Part shown: positions 39,328-54,557 of the stretch, piece after piece
Layout: the number at the start of each line of letters is the position of its first letter
Position numbering within the stretch: the stretch's first letter is position 1
Assembly: GCA_964016885.1 (NCBI GenBank)
Contig: OZ024742.1
Coordinates: 215,016,001 to 215,080,000 of the forward strand
From: Eledone cirrhosa
Taxonomy: Eukaryota
Length of the DNA: 64,000 nt
Direction of reading: 5' to 3'
Program-made: the position numbers and the translations under genes
Notes under the pieces: model-generated
What the model was told of the DNA's origin: nothing
Databases searched by the model: none
The model's input: only the letters and a program-made list of their open reading frames with translations

Positions 39328-40460
39328 TACATATACACAGACACATATACACACTCACATATATATATGTGTGTGTGTGCACACACACATATATACACAC
39401 ACACACACAAATACACATAAACACATACATATGCATACATGCACACACACACACATATATCACATAGATACGAAGATAAACATATAAATAGAGAGACATA
39501 CATATATATACAACACACATACACACACATACATACACACGCATATACATATACATATATATATACATATATATATTCCTATATATACATACATACACAT
39601 ATATACACATATATACACATACATACACATATACGTACACACATTCACATACACATACATATATAATGCATATATACACATATATACATACATATACACA
39701 CTCATATATACACACGCAATCTTACATTCATATTTGCATGCGCATATATGTATTTTTATATTTAGATATAAATACCCAAACCTATATAGACACCTACCTA
39801 CATATATATTCATACATAGACGCTTACAAATACAGATGATAATAGTATGGGGGAAAGGGGGGGTTTGGAGAAGGGGATCAAAGTAAATATATGTTTCAAG
39901 AAACAGAATATTTTCCGTATCTTTATCCAATGTATGTTCTTACATATTTTCAGTGTTAGGAAATACAAACCAACAAGAACTAAGGCAAAATCTATGCGTC
40001 TCAAAATAAATAAGTATACCATTAATCATATGTTAACTAAACCAAAGATAGTCAACATATTGACTTCTAAGGTGTAAATTAGTTAGGTTTATAATATTTG
40101 AAGCAGAATTTTGAAGTTAAACAGTAGTAGATTATTAATTACAGTATAACTAAATTAAAGTTAATAACGTTATGGTATCAATATTAGGAAATGAATTTAG
40201 TAATAGGGAAAAAAAAAAAAAAAAAAAAAAAACACAAATAAAAATAAAATAAAGTATTACATCGGTAGTAGAATATAAATTATATGTTAACTAAATTAAA
40301 AATTATATATTTATTTCAATAGTATATGTTAATTAGGTATACAATACATAAAGCAGATATTGTATTTCATCAATAGCATAATATAATTATATGCAAATAG
40401 AAATCAAAATTAATACGCATACATATACATATACATACACATACATATATACATACATAT

Positions 40461-40509
<49 letters not shown>

Positions 40510-41031
40510 TACATACATACACATATACATACACACACACACATACACATACACATATACATATACATATCTTTTTCAAAAAATTGCATAGAATATATTA
40601 ACTAGGTATATATCCAAAACACATCCCATTCTATGATTACATGACATTCTGCAATTCGTCTGTATAAGGATACTAATTTTAAGCAAATTAAAATTAAAAT
40701 TTTAGGTTGATTAAAACTAAAACCAAATAATAAATATATTTCTAAAATGTATATTAATTAGGTCTATAATACTAAAAATTATTTCTCTGTCATTGGATAC
40801 ACGATATTATTTTGTTATATTTTATCTGTAAAAGAATTATAATAAAAGGTTTAAATAAGTTAAAATTAATCTATAAATTAAATTACTAAGTATATATTAG
40901 TAATATTTAAAGGTTTTTCACAATTTATGATTACATAATATTTTATATTCTCATCTGTAATAAAATATTAATTAAATTAAATTTATAGGTTAACTAACAT
41001 TTAAATTAAATTAATTTCTAAAATAATGTTA

Positions 41032-43473
41032 TTAATTAGGTTTATAATATTTAAATGTTTTTTTTAGTTTATGATTACACGATATAATTAATTCCTGTCG
41101 TTTATTTAATAAGAAATCCTTAGACTTCATTATTTCAAATAGTTCTTGGGAACATAATCTACATTCATTTCTATTATTTTGATAAGGGGTGGCTCTTTTG
41201 AGCACACTCCAGGTCAAATCATATTTTATATTCTTATTTTTATAACTATTGATTTTTTCTGCTAGAGATGTTGTATTAGCCAGTGCGGCATTTTTAAAAC
41301 TATGCTTGTGGGTATTAAACCTTGTCTTAAAATTGTTAGAGGTAGCTCCTATATATGAGCAAATAGAATCTTTAGTTTTAACATTACATTTATAGACTAT
41401 GTTGTTAACAAGACAATTCCCTTTTAATGGGCAGTTTGCTTTGTTTCTACAGTTACATCCTTTCGTTAATTCTGTATTTGAGGAGATATTATGGTTAATT
41501 TGATGTACTGGTGGTATACTTATGGTTTTCTTACATTTATATGCATTATATGCACTTATATTTTGTTTTATGTTATTTGTTGTAGAGTATGAGAATTTAA
41601 CTGTAGACCTATTTAAGATTTGATGGTATTTGTGGTTTGGCGGGAAGTTTTTCTCAAGGATATAAAAAAATTTTTTAGCAATATTATCCTTAACTTGTAA
41701 ATTAAAAGGAGCATTATACCAAGTAACCCGTCTATTACGGTTTCTATGTTGTTTATTATTTTTATTATTTTTATAGGTTGTATCGTGATTTTTACTAGGA
41801 GGATTAATGTTAATGATCTCACCACAACTATTTTTAGTTATATTTGTAGATTTAGGTGTTTTATCCTTTTTATTAGGAGTTTTATTATTAATATTTATTA
41901 TAGTTGTATGATGAGTAGTTTTTTGAGAGTTACTATACTTTATATTAGAAGATTTAGTATTTTGGGGTATAGTGTGGGTGGCATTTAGGTGTGTACTTTT
42001 CATTTGGTGTTTGTTGGTAATATTATGTTGTATGCTTTCAGTATTTTTAGTAGAAGGTATATACTCTAATCTATTTTTGTGGCCACTTCTATCTAGAGCT
42101 TCGTTATAGAAGGTCGCATTTTTATCAAATACATCTTGGTTAGAAGAAAGGTTAGAAATTCTAAGTGATATATTATATGCAAGGTTTTTAAGGATAGATT
42201 TAGGGTGATTAGATTGTGAGTGTATGTAATGTAAGTTTTGGTTAGGTTTATGGTAAGGTTGGTAGATACCCGTAGCTAAATCTAAAGTTATATCTAGGAA
42301 ATTTACTACTTTACTTGTTTTTTCAAAAGTAATATTAAGATTATAATAGTCTTTAAGGAAAGTTCTAATATGTTTTTTGTTTTTTTCGATTTCTGAAAGG
42401 CTAAGGTTGTTAGAAAGAAGAAGACAGTCATCACGATATAAACCACCTTTGAGGTGGGGAAAAGAGGCATTTATGTTGAAAAGGAGAAAGAGGCCCACAA
42501 GATCAGTAATTTGGGCGGAATCGCTTGAACCCATAGTAATATCAAAAAGATTACTGTATGTGTTTCTGGTCCAGTATTCATTCTGAAATTCAATAAGTGT
42601 TAGTCTAGCATGTGTAATAATGTTAATGTCATCCAAAGTTAAGTTAGATCTATTTTTAGCAAATATCAATGCTTTGTTCAGGAGTATAGGTGATATAGAA
42701 GAATAGTAATTATCTATATCAAATTGTAGGAAAGAAGCAGAAGATTTACACCTAATATTTTTAAACCAGTTAATTACCTGGGAGGTGTTTTCCCAGAGTG
42801 GTAAAATAACGTGTTTTCTTATTTGTGGGATGACTCTATCTAAAATTTTTTTGCTAATTATTCCAATATCTGATTTGGAGGGACATATAAGTCTAATAGA
42901 AGGATTTGAGTTAAAGTTAGATTTGTGATCTTTCAGGTTGAAGTGTGGTCTTTTCAATGCCAAAGGTTCAGTTCTATCTTCAATGTTTAGTTTTTTTACT
43001 ATGTTGTGTGTTTTGTTGTTGATGTTGGTGAGTGACACATTATTAGATTTTTTATAATTTTTTCTGAGTTCTTTATATATGAACTCATTATAATGTTCAA
43101 TATCCATATGATACAAGTTACCAGTTTTGTCCGAGTGGACATGGATTTTTTTAGACTTTTTTAGGTCCAATAGGGTAGAATCAAGGTCCTTTTGAAAGAC
43201 GGATTTATACTTTTTAAATTTGAGGTGTTTAATTAAATTAAAAAGGTCTTTCTCGAAGTCTTCAAGTAAAAAGTTGTGTGGTGGATTCTTGTAAGTATTG
43301 AAATCATACATATATTTCCGATCTGCTTGTTTAGATTTTCTATCGAAGTGGTAGGCTCTCCATCTAACCCTTCTGATAAAATTATTAGTTTTCTGAATCA
43401 TAAGGAGTAAGAAGTCGTCCTTAGAAGGTATTGGTATGTTTTTTAAGGAGGTTCCTAAATATTGTTTTTCCAT
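41032..43473 (-). CDS. Second intact copy of the PLE polyprotein
   Basis: Translation identical to 34563-37004. Confidence 0.93.
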   Translation of the reverse strand: MEKQYLGTSLKNIPIPSKDDFLLLMIQKTNNFIRRVRWRAYHFDRKSKQADRKYMYDFNTYKNPPHNFLLEDFEKDLFNLIKHLKFKKYKSVFQKDLDSTLLDLKKSKKIHVHSDKTGNLYHMDIEHYNEFIYKELRKNYKKSNNVSLTNINNKTHNIVKKLNIEDRTEPLALKRPHFNLKDHKSNFNSNPSIRLICPSKSDIGIISKKILDRVIPQIRKHVILPLWENTSQVINWFKNIRCKSSASFLQFDIDNYYSSISPILLNKALIFAKNRSNLTLDDINIITHARLTLIEFQNEYWTRNTYSNLFDITMGSSDSAQITDLVGLFLLFNINASFPHLKGGLYRDDCLLLSNNLSLSEIEKNKKHIRTFLKDYYNLNITFEKTSKVVNFLDITLDLATGIYQPYHKPNQNLHYIHSQSNHPKSILKNLAYNISLRISNLSSNQDVFDKNATFYNEALDRSGHKNRLEYIPSTKNTESIQHNITNKHQMKSTHLNATHTIPQNTKSSNIKYSNSQKTTHHTTIININNKTPNKKDKTPKSTNITKNSCGEIININPPSKNHDTTYKNNKNNKQHRNRNRRVTWYNAPFNLQVKDNIAKKFFYILEKNFPPNHKYHQILNRSTVKFSYSTTNNIKQNISAYNAYKCKKTISIPPVHQINHNISSNTELTKGCNCRNKANCPLKGNCLVNNIVYKCNVKTKDSICSYIGATSNNFKTRFNTHKHSFKNAALANTTSLAEKINSYKNKNIKYDLTWSVLKRATPYQNNRNECRLCSQELFEIMKSKDFLLNKRQELIISCNHKLKKTFKYYKPN

Positions 43474-44789
43474 TGTGATATGGATGATGGACAATTGAAA
43501 GAGCTCAACTAAATGTATATGGGTTTACAAAATCATACATATATATATGTTTATACATAAATATAAAATTAATACACACATACAGTACAAAAATACGAAT
43601 ATTTCCGTGAAAATAGGAGCAAAATTATGTAGATAAATCTACCAAGAGTTTACGGTAGTGTCCAATCCGTATGAAGAACTCAATGTATTCCGGATATCAT
43701 GGAAAGAAGAGATGTAATGAAAAACCACTTTCGGTGAAAGATAAACGGTATACAGAGTCAAGATAAAATATTAAACAAATAATGAATAAACAATTCCTTA
43801 TATTAAACAAAAAAAGTTCATTATTTAACGATCGTTTCTAGGATATATATGTGTTAGAATTGGTATGCATATTCAACAGATCTATGTACAAAATTATACA
43901 AAATTATACAAATTATCAAGATTAAATATACATACCAAACACATATATACGCCGTCTTCAGAAATAATGAAGTATATTTATTGATAATAACAACAATTCA
44001 AAATTTCAGTTCAAAATTGACCAATGAAAACACAAAGGGTTAAATGCAGTTTGGTGTGTGTATATACATGTAAAACCCTTACACATATTTTACAAAAATG
44101 TATGTATAATTTGTATACGCATACTAAAAGGATGGATGCAAATACAAAATTTCAAGGTTAATGTCTCTGTAAGCTTACAATGCGCAGATAAGATGCGCAT
44201 TGATACTTATGAAATCAAGTATATAAATATATTTTTTCATACTCACACATATCAGTACAATCACACATACACGCGCGTATATGCATAAATATACACATAA
44301 CCACGAACATACAAACACACACACACCCCCACTCACATTTATATATGTGGATATAAAATCATAAGCACATGGATATTAATTCACTCACATAAAACACTGG
44401 TACACACATTTTTAGATCAAGATACAGAAATTAGGTGGGAGGGGGGGGAGGGGTCAGTATTCAATTGTCTGAGCAGACTGCCTAATATAAATGTATCTAT
44501 AAATTAAGAAAAATAAAAAAATAAAACAATAAAATATAATAAATATAATATAATATACATACACATACAGATATATACACATACATACATGTACACACAC
44601 ATAGAAATATTTACGCATACACACATACACACATACATATACAGTCATACACACACATACACCTACACGAACATACACATACACATATATAAAGATATAT
44701 ATATACACACATACACGCACGCAACACATACACACATACACATATATATAAAAAATAAATAATAAAGATATATACCCATATATATATAT

Positions 44790-44834
<45 letters not shown>

Positions 44835-45231
44835 TACACATACATCTAAATATACATACACATACACACACACATACATGTACATACATGTACATATACG
44901 CACATCGACATACATATATATATATATATATATACACACACATAGACATATAGATACATACACACACAACTTACATACACACATATATATATACACGTAT
45001 ATTCATACATAGAATTAGATATATAATCATACATACATATGTACTTACTTATACTCATATATACAAATACATACGCATCCATATATGCGTATATACATAA
45101 AAAACCACTACAACCTCACATAAACTCAGACATACAAATAAAAATAATAATTAAAAAAAATAATAAAAAGGCATATGTATATACATACACACACGCATTA
45201 ATAGAGATATATACACACATACATACACATA

Positions 45232-45321
<90 letters not shown>

Positions 45322-45427
45322 TACACTCATACATATATATAAACATATATATACACATAGATATCCACACACTTATACCACCATAAATACACATACAAAC
45401 ACCCACATATACATATATATACACACG

Positions 45428-45459
<32 letters not shown>

Positions 45460-45578
45460 TAAAAAACAGACATGCACATATATATATTTTTTTTACACTT
45501 ATATATACACATATTATATAGACATACACAACCTCAACTTATACACACATACACATAAGTTATATTATAATAATAAAG

Positions 45579-45627
<49 letters not shown>

Positions 45628-45717
45628 CATACATACATACATATACATACATACATATAAACATATACATACATAAATACACACATACGAATATAGACAT
45701 ATATTCACACATAGACA

Positions 45718-45777
<60 letters not shown>

Positions 45778-46914
45778 TACATATACACAGACACATATAC
45801 ACACTCACATATATATATGTGTGTGTGTGCACACACACATATATACACACACACACACAAATACACATAAACACATACATATGCATACATGCACACACAC
45901 ACACATATATCACATAGATACGAAGATAAACATATAAATAGAGAGACATACATATATATACAACACACATACACACACATACATACACACGCATATACAT
46001 ATACATATATATATACATATATATATTCCTATATATACATACATACACATATATACACATATATACACATACATACACATATACGTACACACATTCACAT
46101 ACACATACATATATAATGCATATATACACATATATACATACATATACACACTCATATATACACACGCAATCTTACATTCATATTTGCATGCGCATATATG
46201 TATTTTTATATTTAGATATAAATACCCAAACCTATATAGACACCTACCTACATATATATTCATACATAGACGCTTACAAATACAGATGATAATAGTATGG
46301 GGGAAAGGGGGGGGGTTGGAGAAGGGGATCAAAGTAAATATATGTTTCAAGAAACAGAATATTTTCCGTATCTTTATCCAATGTATGTTCTTACATATTT
46401 TCAGTGTTAGGAAATACAAACCAACAAGAACTAAGGCAAAATCTATGCGTCTCAAAATAAATAAGTATACCATTAATCATATGTTAACTAAACCAAAGAT
46501 AGTCAACATATTGACTTCTAAGGTGTAAATTAGTTAGGTTTATAATATTTGAAGCAGAATTTTGAAGTTAAACAGTAGTAGATTATTAATTACAGTATAA
46601 CTAAATTAAAGTTAATAACGTTATGGTATCAATATTAGGAAATGAATTTAGTAATAGGGAAAAAAAAAAAAAAAAAAAAAAAAAAACACAAATAAAAATA
46701 AAATAAAGTATTACATCGGTAGTAGAATATAAATTATATGTTAACTAAATTAAAAATTATATATTTATTTCAATAGTATATGTTAATTAGGTATACAATA
46801 CATAAAGCAGATATTGTATTTCATCAATAGCATAATATAATTATATGCAAATAGAAATCAAAATTAATACGCATACATATACATATACATACACATACAT
46901 ATATACATACATAT

Positions 46915-46957
<43 letters not shown>

Positions 46958-47479
46958 TACATACATACACATATACATACACACACACACATACACATAC
47001 ACATATACATATACATATCTTTTTCAAAAAATTGCATAGAATATATTAACTAGGTATATATCCAAAACACATCCCATTCTATGATTACATGACATTCTGC
47101 AATTCGTCTGTATAAGGATACTAATTTTAAGCAAATTAAAATTAAAATTTTAGGTTGATTAAAACTAAAACCAAATAATAAATATATTTCTAAAATGTAT
47201 ATTAATTAGGTCTATAATACTAAAAATTATTTCTCTGTCATTGGATACACGATATTATTTTGTTATATTTTATCTGTAAAAGAATTATAATAAAAGGTTT
47301 AAATAAGTTAAAATTAATCTATAAATTAAATTACTAAGTATATATTAGTAATATTTAAAGGTTTTTCACAATTTATGATTACATAATATTTTATATTCTC
47401 ATCTGTAATAAAATATTAATTAAATTAAATTTATAGGTTAACTAACATTTAAATTAAATTAATTTCTAAAATAATGTTA

Positions 47480-47726
47480 TTAATTAGGTTTATAATATTT
47501 AAATGTTTTTTTTAGTTTATGATTACACGATATAATTAATTCCTGTCGTTTATTTAATAAGAAATCCTTAGACTTCATTATTTCAAATAGTTCTTGGGAA
47601 CATAATCTACATTCATTTCTATTATTTTGATAAGGGGTGGCTCTTTTGAGCACACTCCAGGTCAAATCATATTTTATATTCTTATTTTTATAACTATTGA
47701 TTTTTTCTGCTAGAGATGTTGTATTA
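47480..47726 (-). pseudogene. C-terminal fragment of the same ORF (third unit)
   Basis: NTTSLAEKIN...KYYKPN identical to the ORF end. Confidence 0.9.
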
Positions 47727-47980
47727 TCTTGACTCATTTCTATTATTTTGATAAGGGGTGGCTCTTTTGAGCACACTCCAGGTCAAATCATATTTTATAT
47801 TCTTATTTTTATAACTATTGATTTTTTCTGCTAGAGATGTTGTATTTATCTTGACTCTGTATACCGTTTATCTTTCACCGAAAGTGGTTTTTCATTACAT
47901 CTCTTCTTTCCATGATATCCGGAATACATTGAGTTCTTCATACGGATTGGACACTACCGTAAACTCTTGGTAGATTTATC

Positions 47981-48029
<49 letters not shown>

Positions 48030-48357
48030 CTAACACACATACACAGATATATATATAAAATGTATACATACAGATACGCACACATATATAGAAGATACGC
48101 ATATATATATATATAAGAAAATCAAAATTAAAATAAAGTCAAAAGGGGACGTGTTGAAAACGAAAGTTGTGTGCGTGTGTGTGGGGGGGGGGTGAAGGGG
48201 CGATAAATACAAACAACATAAAGATAAACAAATACACACGATATGCATATATATATATATGTATGTAAGTATATATACCTATACACACATACAAACACAC
48301 ACACATATATGTATATATATAAAAATAAATATATATACACATATATATAGATATATA

Positions 48358-48409
<52 letters not shown>

Positions 48410-48640
48410 TGCATACATACATAAATATACACACACATTCACATACGTACACATACAAAAAAAATATACAATAAATTAGATATATGAATCTCATAGGTAC
48501 ATAACCCACGTACATACGTGCACACGCGCGCGCGCGCGAACGCACGCAATAAAAAATCAACACACGCATAATATAAACATATACGTAAATCCAAACACAC
48601 ATATATACACATATATACAAAGACATATATACATATATAT

Positions 48641-48746
<106 letters not shown>

Positions 48747-49625
48747 GTACACATATATATATATACACACACACCTATACATATATATACACACACACAC
48801 ACAAACACATGTATGCATACATACACGTGCGTGTTTGTGTGTATAAAATATAGGCAGACAAACTATAAATAGACACACGCTCGCAGGTGGCAGTATAACA
48901 AAATGAAAAAATGAAAAAATGTAAAAATGATATTATACTTCAGAAAACTGTCGAGTGCTTCGAATCTGTTATAAATATAAATATTTTTGTTGAATGACCG
49001 ACAAATTAAATATCCCTATGCTTATATATGTGTTTTTGTATTTGTATGTATGTATATATGTGTGTGTATACCTTCTTTTTTATATGTGTGTGTGTGTATT
49101 TGTGTGTACATATTTGAGTGCTTATATATTTTTGTATATGTATGTGTATGTATTTATGTGCCTGTTCGTATTCCATATAGACGCAAATACGCTTATGTGA
49201 GAAGGTATACGTCTACGTACTATTACGTATATGCGCGTGGTGAATCTGTGTATGTTTATATTCTGGATATTTATTTATATATATTTTCCCCTCTAATTCC
49301 TTTTTGCCCGTTTTTATATTTCCTAAATTTTGTTTTCAAATGCATATTTAATAAAAACACCATGTTATTTATTCATTCTGACGACTGAAGATAGACATAA
49401 CATCTGTCTTCAAGAAACCACTGGTGAATGAAATAATAATCTTATGTTGTTTATTACATAACTAAAAAAAAATATATATATATATAAGTAAAAGGGATAT
49501 TTAATTTGTTGGAAATCCGACAAATATAAATATGTGTATAACTGATTTAGAGCACTCAACAGCCTCCTGGAGTAAATATTCAATGATATTAAATAAATGG
49601 AAACTATATTTATAAAACCATATTT

Positions 49626-49686
49626 ATTTTATTATATATATTTCAAAGGTACCAAAACACTTTGGTACGCTTTCTTCAGATAAAAT
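49626..49686 (-). ncRNA. Minimal type I hammerhead ribozyme (family A), intact core
   Basis: attttat CTGAAGA aagCgtaccaaa gtgt tttggtacCttt GAAA tatata TA ataaaat. Confidence 0.8.
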
Positions 49687-50503
49687 ACAAATGTGTTTTA
49701 TAAATAGAGACATACCCAGGAAAATCATACCTTATCTGTTGGTTATTCTCTGGATAGTGGAAATGTATTACGGATTTTTCATACTTATGGGTAAATATGC
49801 AAATGTATATGTAAATAATTGAAAAACAACCGTTTATTTAAACGAGTATAGAGAGTTTAGATATATAGTATATGATAGTGAGAGATAAGAGAAGTAAGAC
49901 AAAATGGTGAGAGAGAGAAGAATGAAAAAAGCGAAGATGAATAAAAAGCTCATATAACGTTAATTTGAGGGAAATATATTCGAACAATTATCTATGTAAG
50001 TATATATTTTAATAGCATGTGTATTTATATTAAAAGGATGTTTTACGATTATTGATTGTTTAAAATTTGTTTATAATATAATAGTTTTCTTCTGTTATTA
50101 GTAGATAAATAAATAAATAAATAAATAAATAGATGGATATATGATGTTATAGATAGTTGTTCTATTGAGTTTTGAGGGATATTGGTTTTGTATTTTATGT
50201 AAATAAATATGTATTTAAAATTGAGAATGATTTAAAATTAAATTAAATTAAATTAACTGACTAATGTAAGAATATTTATATTTATATGGTTGAAAAGGGA
50301 GGATGAGGAAAAAACTCCGGTTTTATTTATTTATTCGTTAGTGTGAGACTAATTAGTCAAAATATGTATGGATGTTTAAGATACATTTAGCCAGAATCAG
50401 TTAGTGGTTATTAATCTATTGAAACGATATAAAAAAAAAATATATATATATATGTATATACAATATATTAACAAATGGAAACTATATTTATAAAACCATA
50501 TTT

Positions 50504-50567
50504 ATTTCATTATACCTATTTCAAGGGCCACCAAGGCAAGATATGGTGCGCTTTCATCAGATAAAAT
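50504..50567 (-). ncRNA. Minimal type I hammerhead ribozyme (family A)
   Basis: attttat CTGATGA aagCgcacca..tggtggcCctt GAAA taggta TA atgaaat. Confidence 0.7.
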
Positions 50568-52533
50568 ATAATACAGATTAGTTTTATAAATAAATATTGA
50601 CATACCCTGAAAAGATGCAACCTTACCGGTTGGAGCTTCCTGGATAGTATATGTATATATATATATATATATATAGTTATATGTATAGAGAGAGTTTTCT
50701 ATACTCCACTCACATAATATAATTCCCTTTATCCGCAAATGCATCTTTCTGAAACATTAGATTTTTCATTGATTGTCATATATTTTTCTAACACACAAAT
50801 ATTTCCCTCCCAATTACTGTTTTATATGTTTATATAAGCTCGTGAAATTTATAAAAATATAAGCTTTTCCAGATCAATATATTATAGCACGCTTTCATTC
50901 CCTAAGCCTCTAAATCCTTTGGCTGGACATGTGTCTTGTCTTATATTTCAAGAAAAATATACCAGGCGTTGACGTACATATTAATGTCAAAGATTGCGGA
51001 GGATCTACTGCTTAGTCAAACTGTATCTATTTCTTAAATATTTAACTAATTAATCTAAATACGTTATGTCAATTCAATGGAGTACATTTAACTTAGAAAT
51101 ATATATCGTATTACAGTTAACTCCAATACACGTTTGGAATATATAGGAAGCTAAATAACAAATTACATTTAGGTCTTCACAATTCATTAAACTAACTACT
51201 AACAATTAATCAGCAAAGCTATTACTTTTCTGTTGTAATTAATCAAGTGTATCGTTCTTGAAGACGTAATTAAATTTAAGACAAATTTCGAAATAATTAT
51301 AATCTGTATCTTGTAATTAGACTTTAACGGGTTCAAATTCCGAGTCGAAAATGAAATGATTCCTCAGATGAAAGGACGCCAGTTCAGTTACCATTAGAGT
51401 TGTGCGATTACGGGAAGTATATTTAAGTCTCCCCTCACTCCATTCTAATGGGTATATGTATATATATCATATAGCACATGCAGTCTATTATCGCAACCGC
51501 TTTGTAACGGATGTAGTGATGAATTTAAGCAGTCCCATTGGGGCATAGACAAATCTACATATTTTAGCGGACATTCACATGCGAATGTTTTCACTAAAGC
51601 TTAAATATTCTTTGTATGTTCATTATCTTTCCTTTGGACTGTTGAGCAACGAATCAATTCACATACTGGTAATTTCAGTTGACCTTTATTGTGATATAGG
51701 ATGTCCTGCTGAATACCCGTTCAACCAATAAAATGCATGTGAAAATATATGATTATCATCACGAACGCAACAAGTTCGCTTTCATTCATCGAGCATGCAT
51801 TATATCCGAAATCTATCCACAGAACACGCTTTAGCCTATTCAACCCAGATAAAATAGCATATTGCTTTAGTCACAATTCATGTTTAGCTTTCACACATAT
51901 GTTTTTGTCAAATACAAACTTAGCCACATTTGAAACCGAACAAACATGAGTAACTAACTGCCTAATAGATTTTTCATCAACGTTCCAGTGATTATGTCAC
52001 TCATTTAAGCACCCATATCACAGGCTGTCAAGTCAGAGAAAGTCTGATCTAGATAATGCTACGACGCCTAACAGTGAATGGCGGGCTTGGTCGTTGCATG
52101 TCTTTAGCGGAACTCACTCTGTGGCAATCAATCGCAAAAGGCGCCAAGAATTCTCTTCGCCTACTTTTTTCGAGCAAAATAGAGAGAACGTGTTTTATTC
52201 AGTAGTATCTGAAAGCCTTAAAGGTTAATGGATACTGGAAAACGCTCTCTAACTAACGTTCTTAGAATACCACACTTTGATGTATACACCTTAATTGAAT
52301 ATTTCATATAATTTGTTTTTGCTCCACATATGTTTCAATGTTTCAAATATGAAAACATTACTTTACATTTGACTAAATGTGAAGTATTATTTAAGGGCTT
52401 TTAATATATGAATGACGTATTATGTTTCAGACTTGAGGCAACATCAAATTGGAAGTCCGGCTCATAAGGGCACTGTTATTTCCTTTTATAATCACACACG
52501 TACACACACACACACTATATATATATAAATATG

Positions 52534-52592
<59 letters not shown>

Positions 52593-52710
52593 GGCGTGTG
52601 GCTGAGTGGTTAGAGAATTGTATTCGCAATCGTAAGGTTGTGAGTTCGATTCCTGGACCAGGCGATGCGTTATGTCCTTGAGCAAGACACTTTATTTCAC
52701 GTTGCTCCTT
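52593..52710 (+). mobile_element. tRNA-derived SINE with V-type domain, truncated
   Basis: A-box tggctgagtgg, B-box gagttcgattcc, then tgtccttgagcaagacactt. Confidence 0.75.
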
Positions 52711-53298
52711 CTACTTGGTGTTGCGACCGATAGATAGTATTAGCAATTGGAAAGACCAACGGAAACATTGTTCCCTCGGTCCGATTTGACAAAAAAAAGT
52801 CGATCGTTCCTTAAAAAAAAATATATATATATATATATTAGTAAAAAAAAAAGAAGATGCTGACAAATTTTTCCCAGTGAAAAATAGTTTAATTACGAAT
52901 AAGTATAAATTAGTAATAAGTATTGGTTAGTATTCAGTTTTAGTTTTAAGTTTTTACCGGTTGCGCATATATAATGCTTTTCAAAAATAATTTTGTGATA
53001 GAGCGCTCGTGATGTTTGCTCTAATCTGATCAGTTTTGGAAATTCTTCCTGTTTTATGTGAAAAAAGTGGCTCCAGAGGTATTAAGATTTGGTTGGTGGT
53101 TGAATGTCACGTGAATGAGTACTATAAATTTCGCGCCAATTCGTGTTGCAGAAATTCTTGTAGTCAAAACAATTCTGATTGGTCGGTAGAGGTCACGTGA
53201 ATGTTAAACATTGATTTTGCGCCAAATGTAGGTTTGTCGAAGAGTGTCCTTTTTTGCCTGACTGAGAAGTCACTGAAAAATAAGTCTTTTTAAGACAA

Positions 53299-53434
<136 letters not shown>

Positions 53435-53601
53435 TAGAGAGGTTCATTGTTGTGATAATGGTCAGTATATATATATATATTGTATATATGTAGGTATATG
53501 TATATATGTATATATATATAAATTTGTATATATACATATATATATATAACGGCGATGAATTAGTTTTGCGAGGTTTTTTATATGAAATCGTGTGTCGAAA
53601 C

Positions 53602-54107
53602 AAATATTGTTTTACTTGGGGAGGGTCATATTTGTGTAATATTGCCAGAATTAATAACAGAACACACTCACTGTTTGGTTGGTTTTCGCTTTTCGCTTCT
53701 GTGTCGTTTATATCGCTAATCTAATTTATTCGGTCCTCAATGTTGCCATTGACTGACCAGCGGTCAAAAATAATACAGATACAATATAGACACTAACACA
53801 TATATATAGTTTATCAATATGGCGTAGAAAATACAATGCAACGGGAGAAACAATAGCACCACTGACGATGTTGCAGATGTGCAACGAAAGAAATTTGATA
53901 AACTATATATATGTGTTTGTGTCTATATTGTATCTGTATTATTTTTGACCGCTGGTCAGTCAATGGCAACATTGAGGACCGAATAAATTAGATTACCGAT
54001 ATAAAAGATACAGAAGCGAACAGCGAAAACCAACCAAACAGTGAGTGTTTTCTGTTATTAATTCTGGCAATATTACACAAATATGACCCTCCCCAAGTAT
54101 AACAACA

Positions 54108-54112
<5 letters not shown>
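53602..54112. mobile_element. Fold-back mini-element: ~215-bp inverted arms with a hammerhead core in the loop
   Basis: 53602-53817 is the reverse complement of 53895-54112; loop has CTGACGA t gttgca gatg tgcaac GAAA (53862-53889). Confidence 0.85.
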
Positions 54113-54164
<52 letters not shown>

Positions 54165-54223
54165 GTGAGGGCTTTTTTACAAAATGAAAAATAACTGAGG
54201 TGTCCTACACGAATGAAAGTATG

Positions 54224-54516
54224 AAGAAAAAAGATGGAATCGAAAATGCAACTGGAGTCTTATTTTTAAAAAAGTATATATATATTTACTCGGTTCCTTT
54301 ACCGGTTGCGCAGTTCTTCTGCTTTTCAAGAGTAGAGTTGAGATGGCGTGTTTGTGGTTTTTCTCACATCTGTTGTGAGAAAACCACAGACCCTCCATCT
54401 CAACTCTACTTTTGAAAAGCAGAAAAACTGTGAAACCGGTGAAGGAACCAAATAAATATATAAATGTTTTTGTAAATAAGACTCCAGTTGCATTTTCGAT
54501 TTCATCTTTTTTTCTT

Positions 54517-54517
<1 letters not shown>
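54224..54517. repeat. Imperfect ~290-bp palindrome
   Basis: Arms pair about ~54371; a single-arm copy lies at 15464-15610. Confidence 0.85.

Positions 54518-54557
<40 letters not shown>

Noticed and set aside
52593-52665. tRNA gene
   Set aside because: Acceptor stem is poor and the sequence runs into a SINE V-domain, so it is a SINE head
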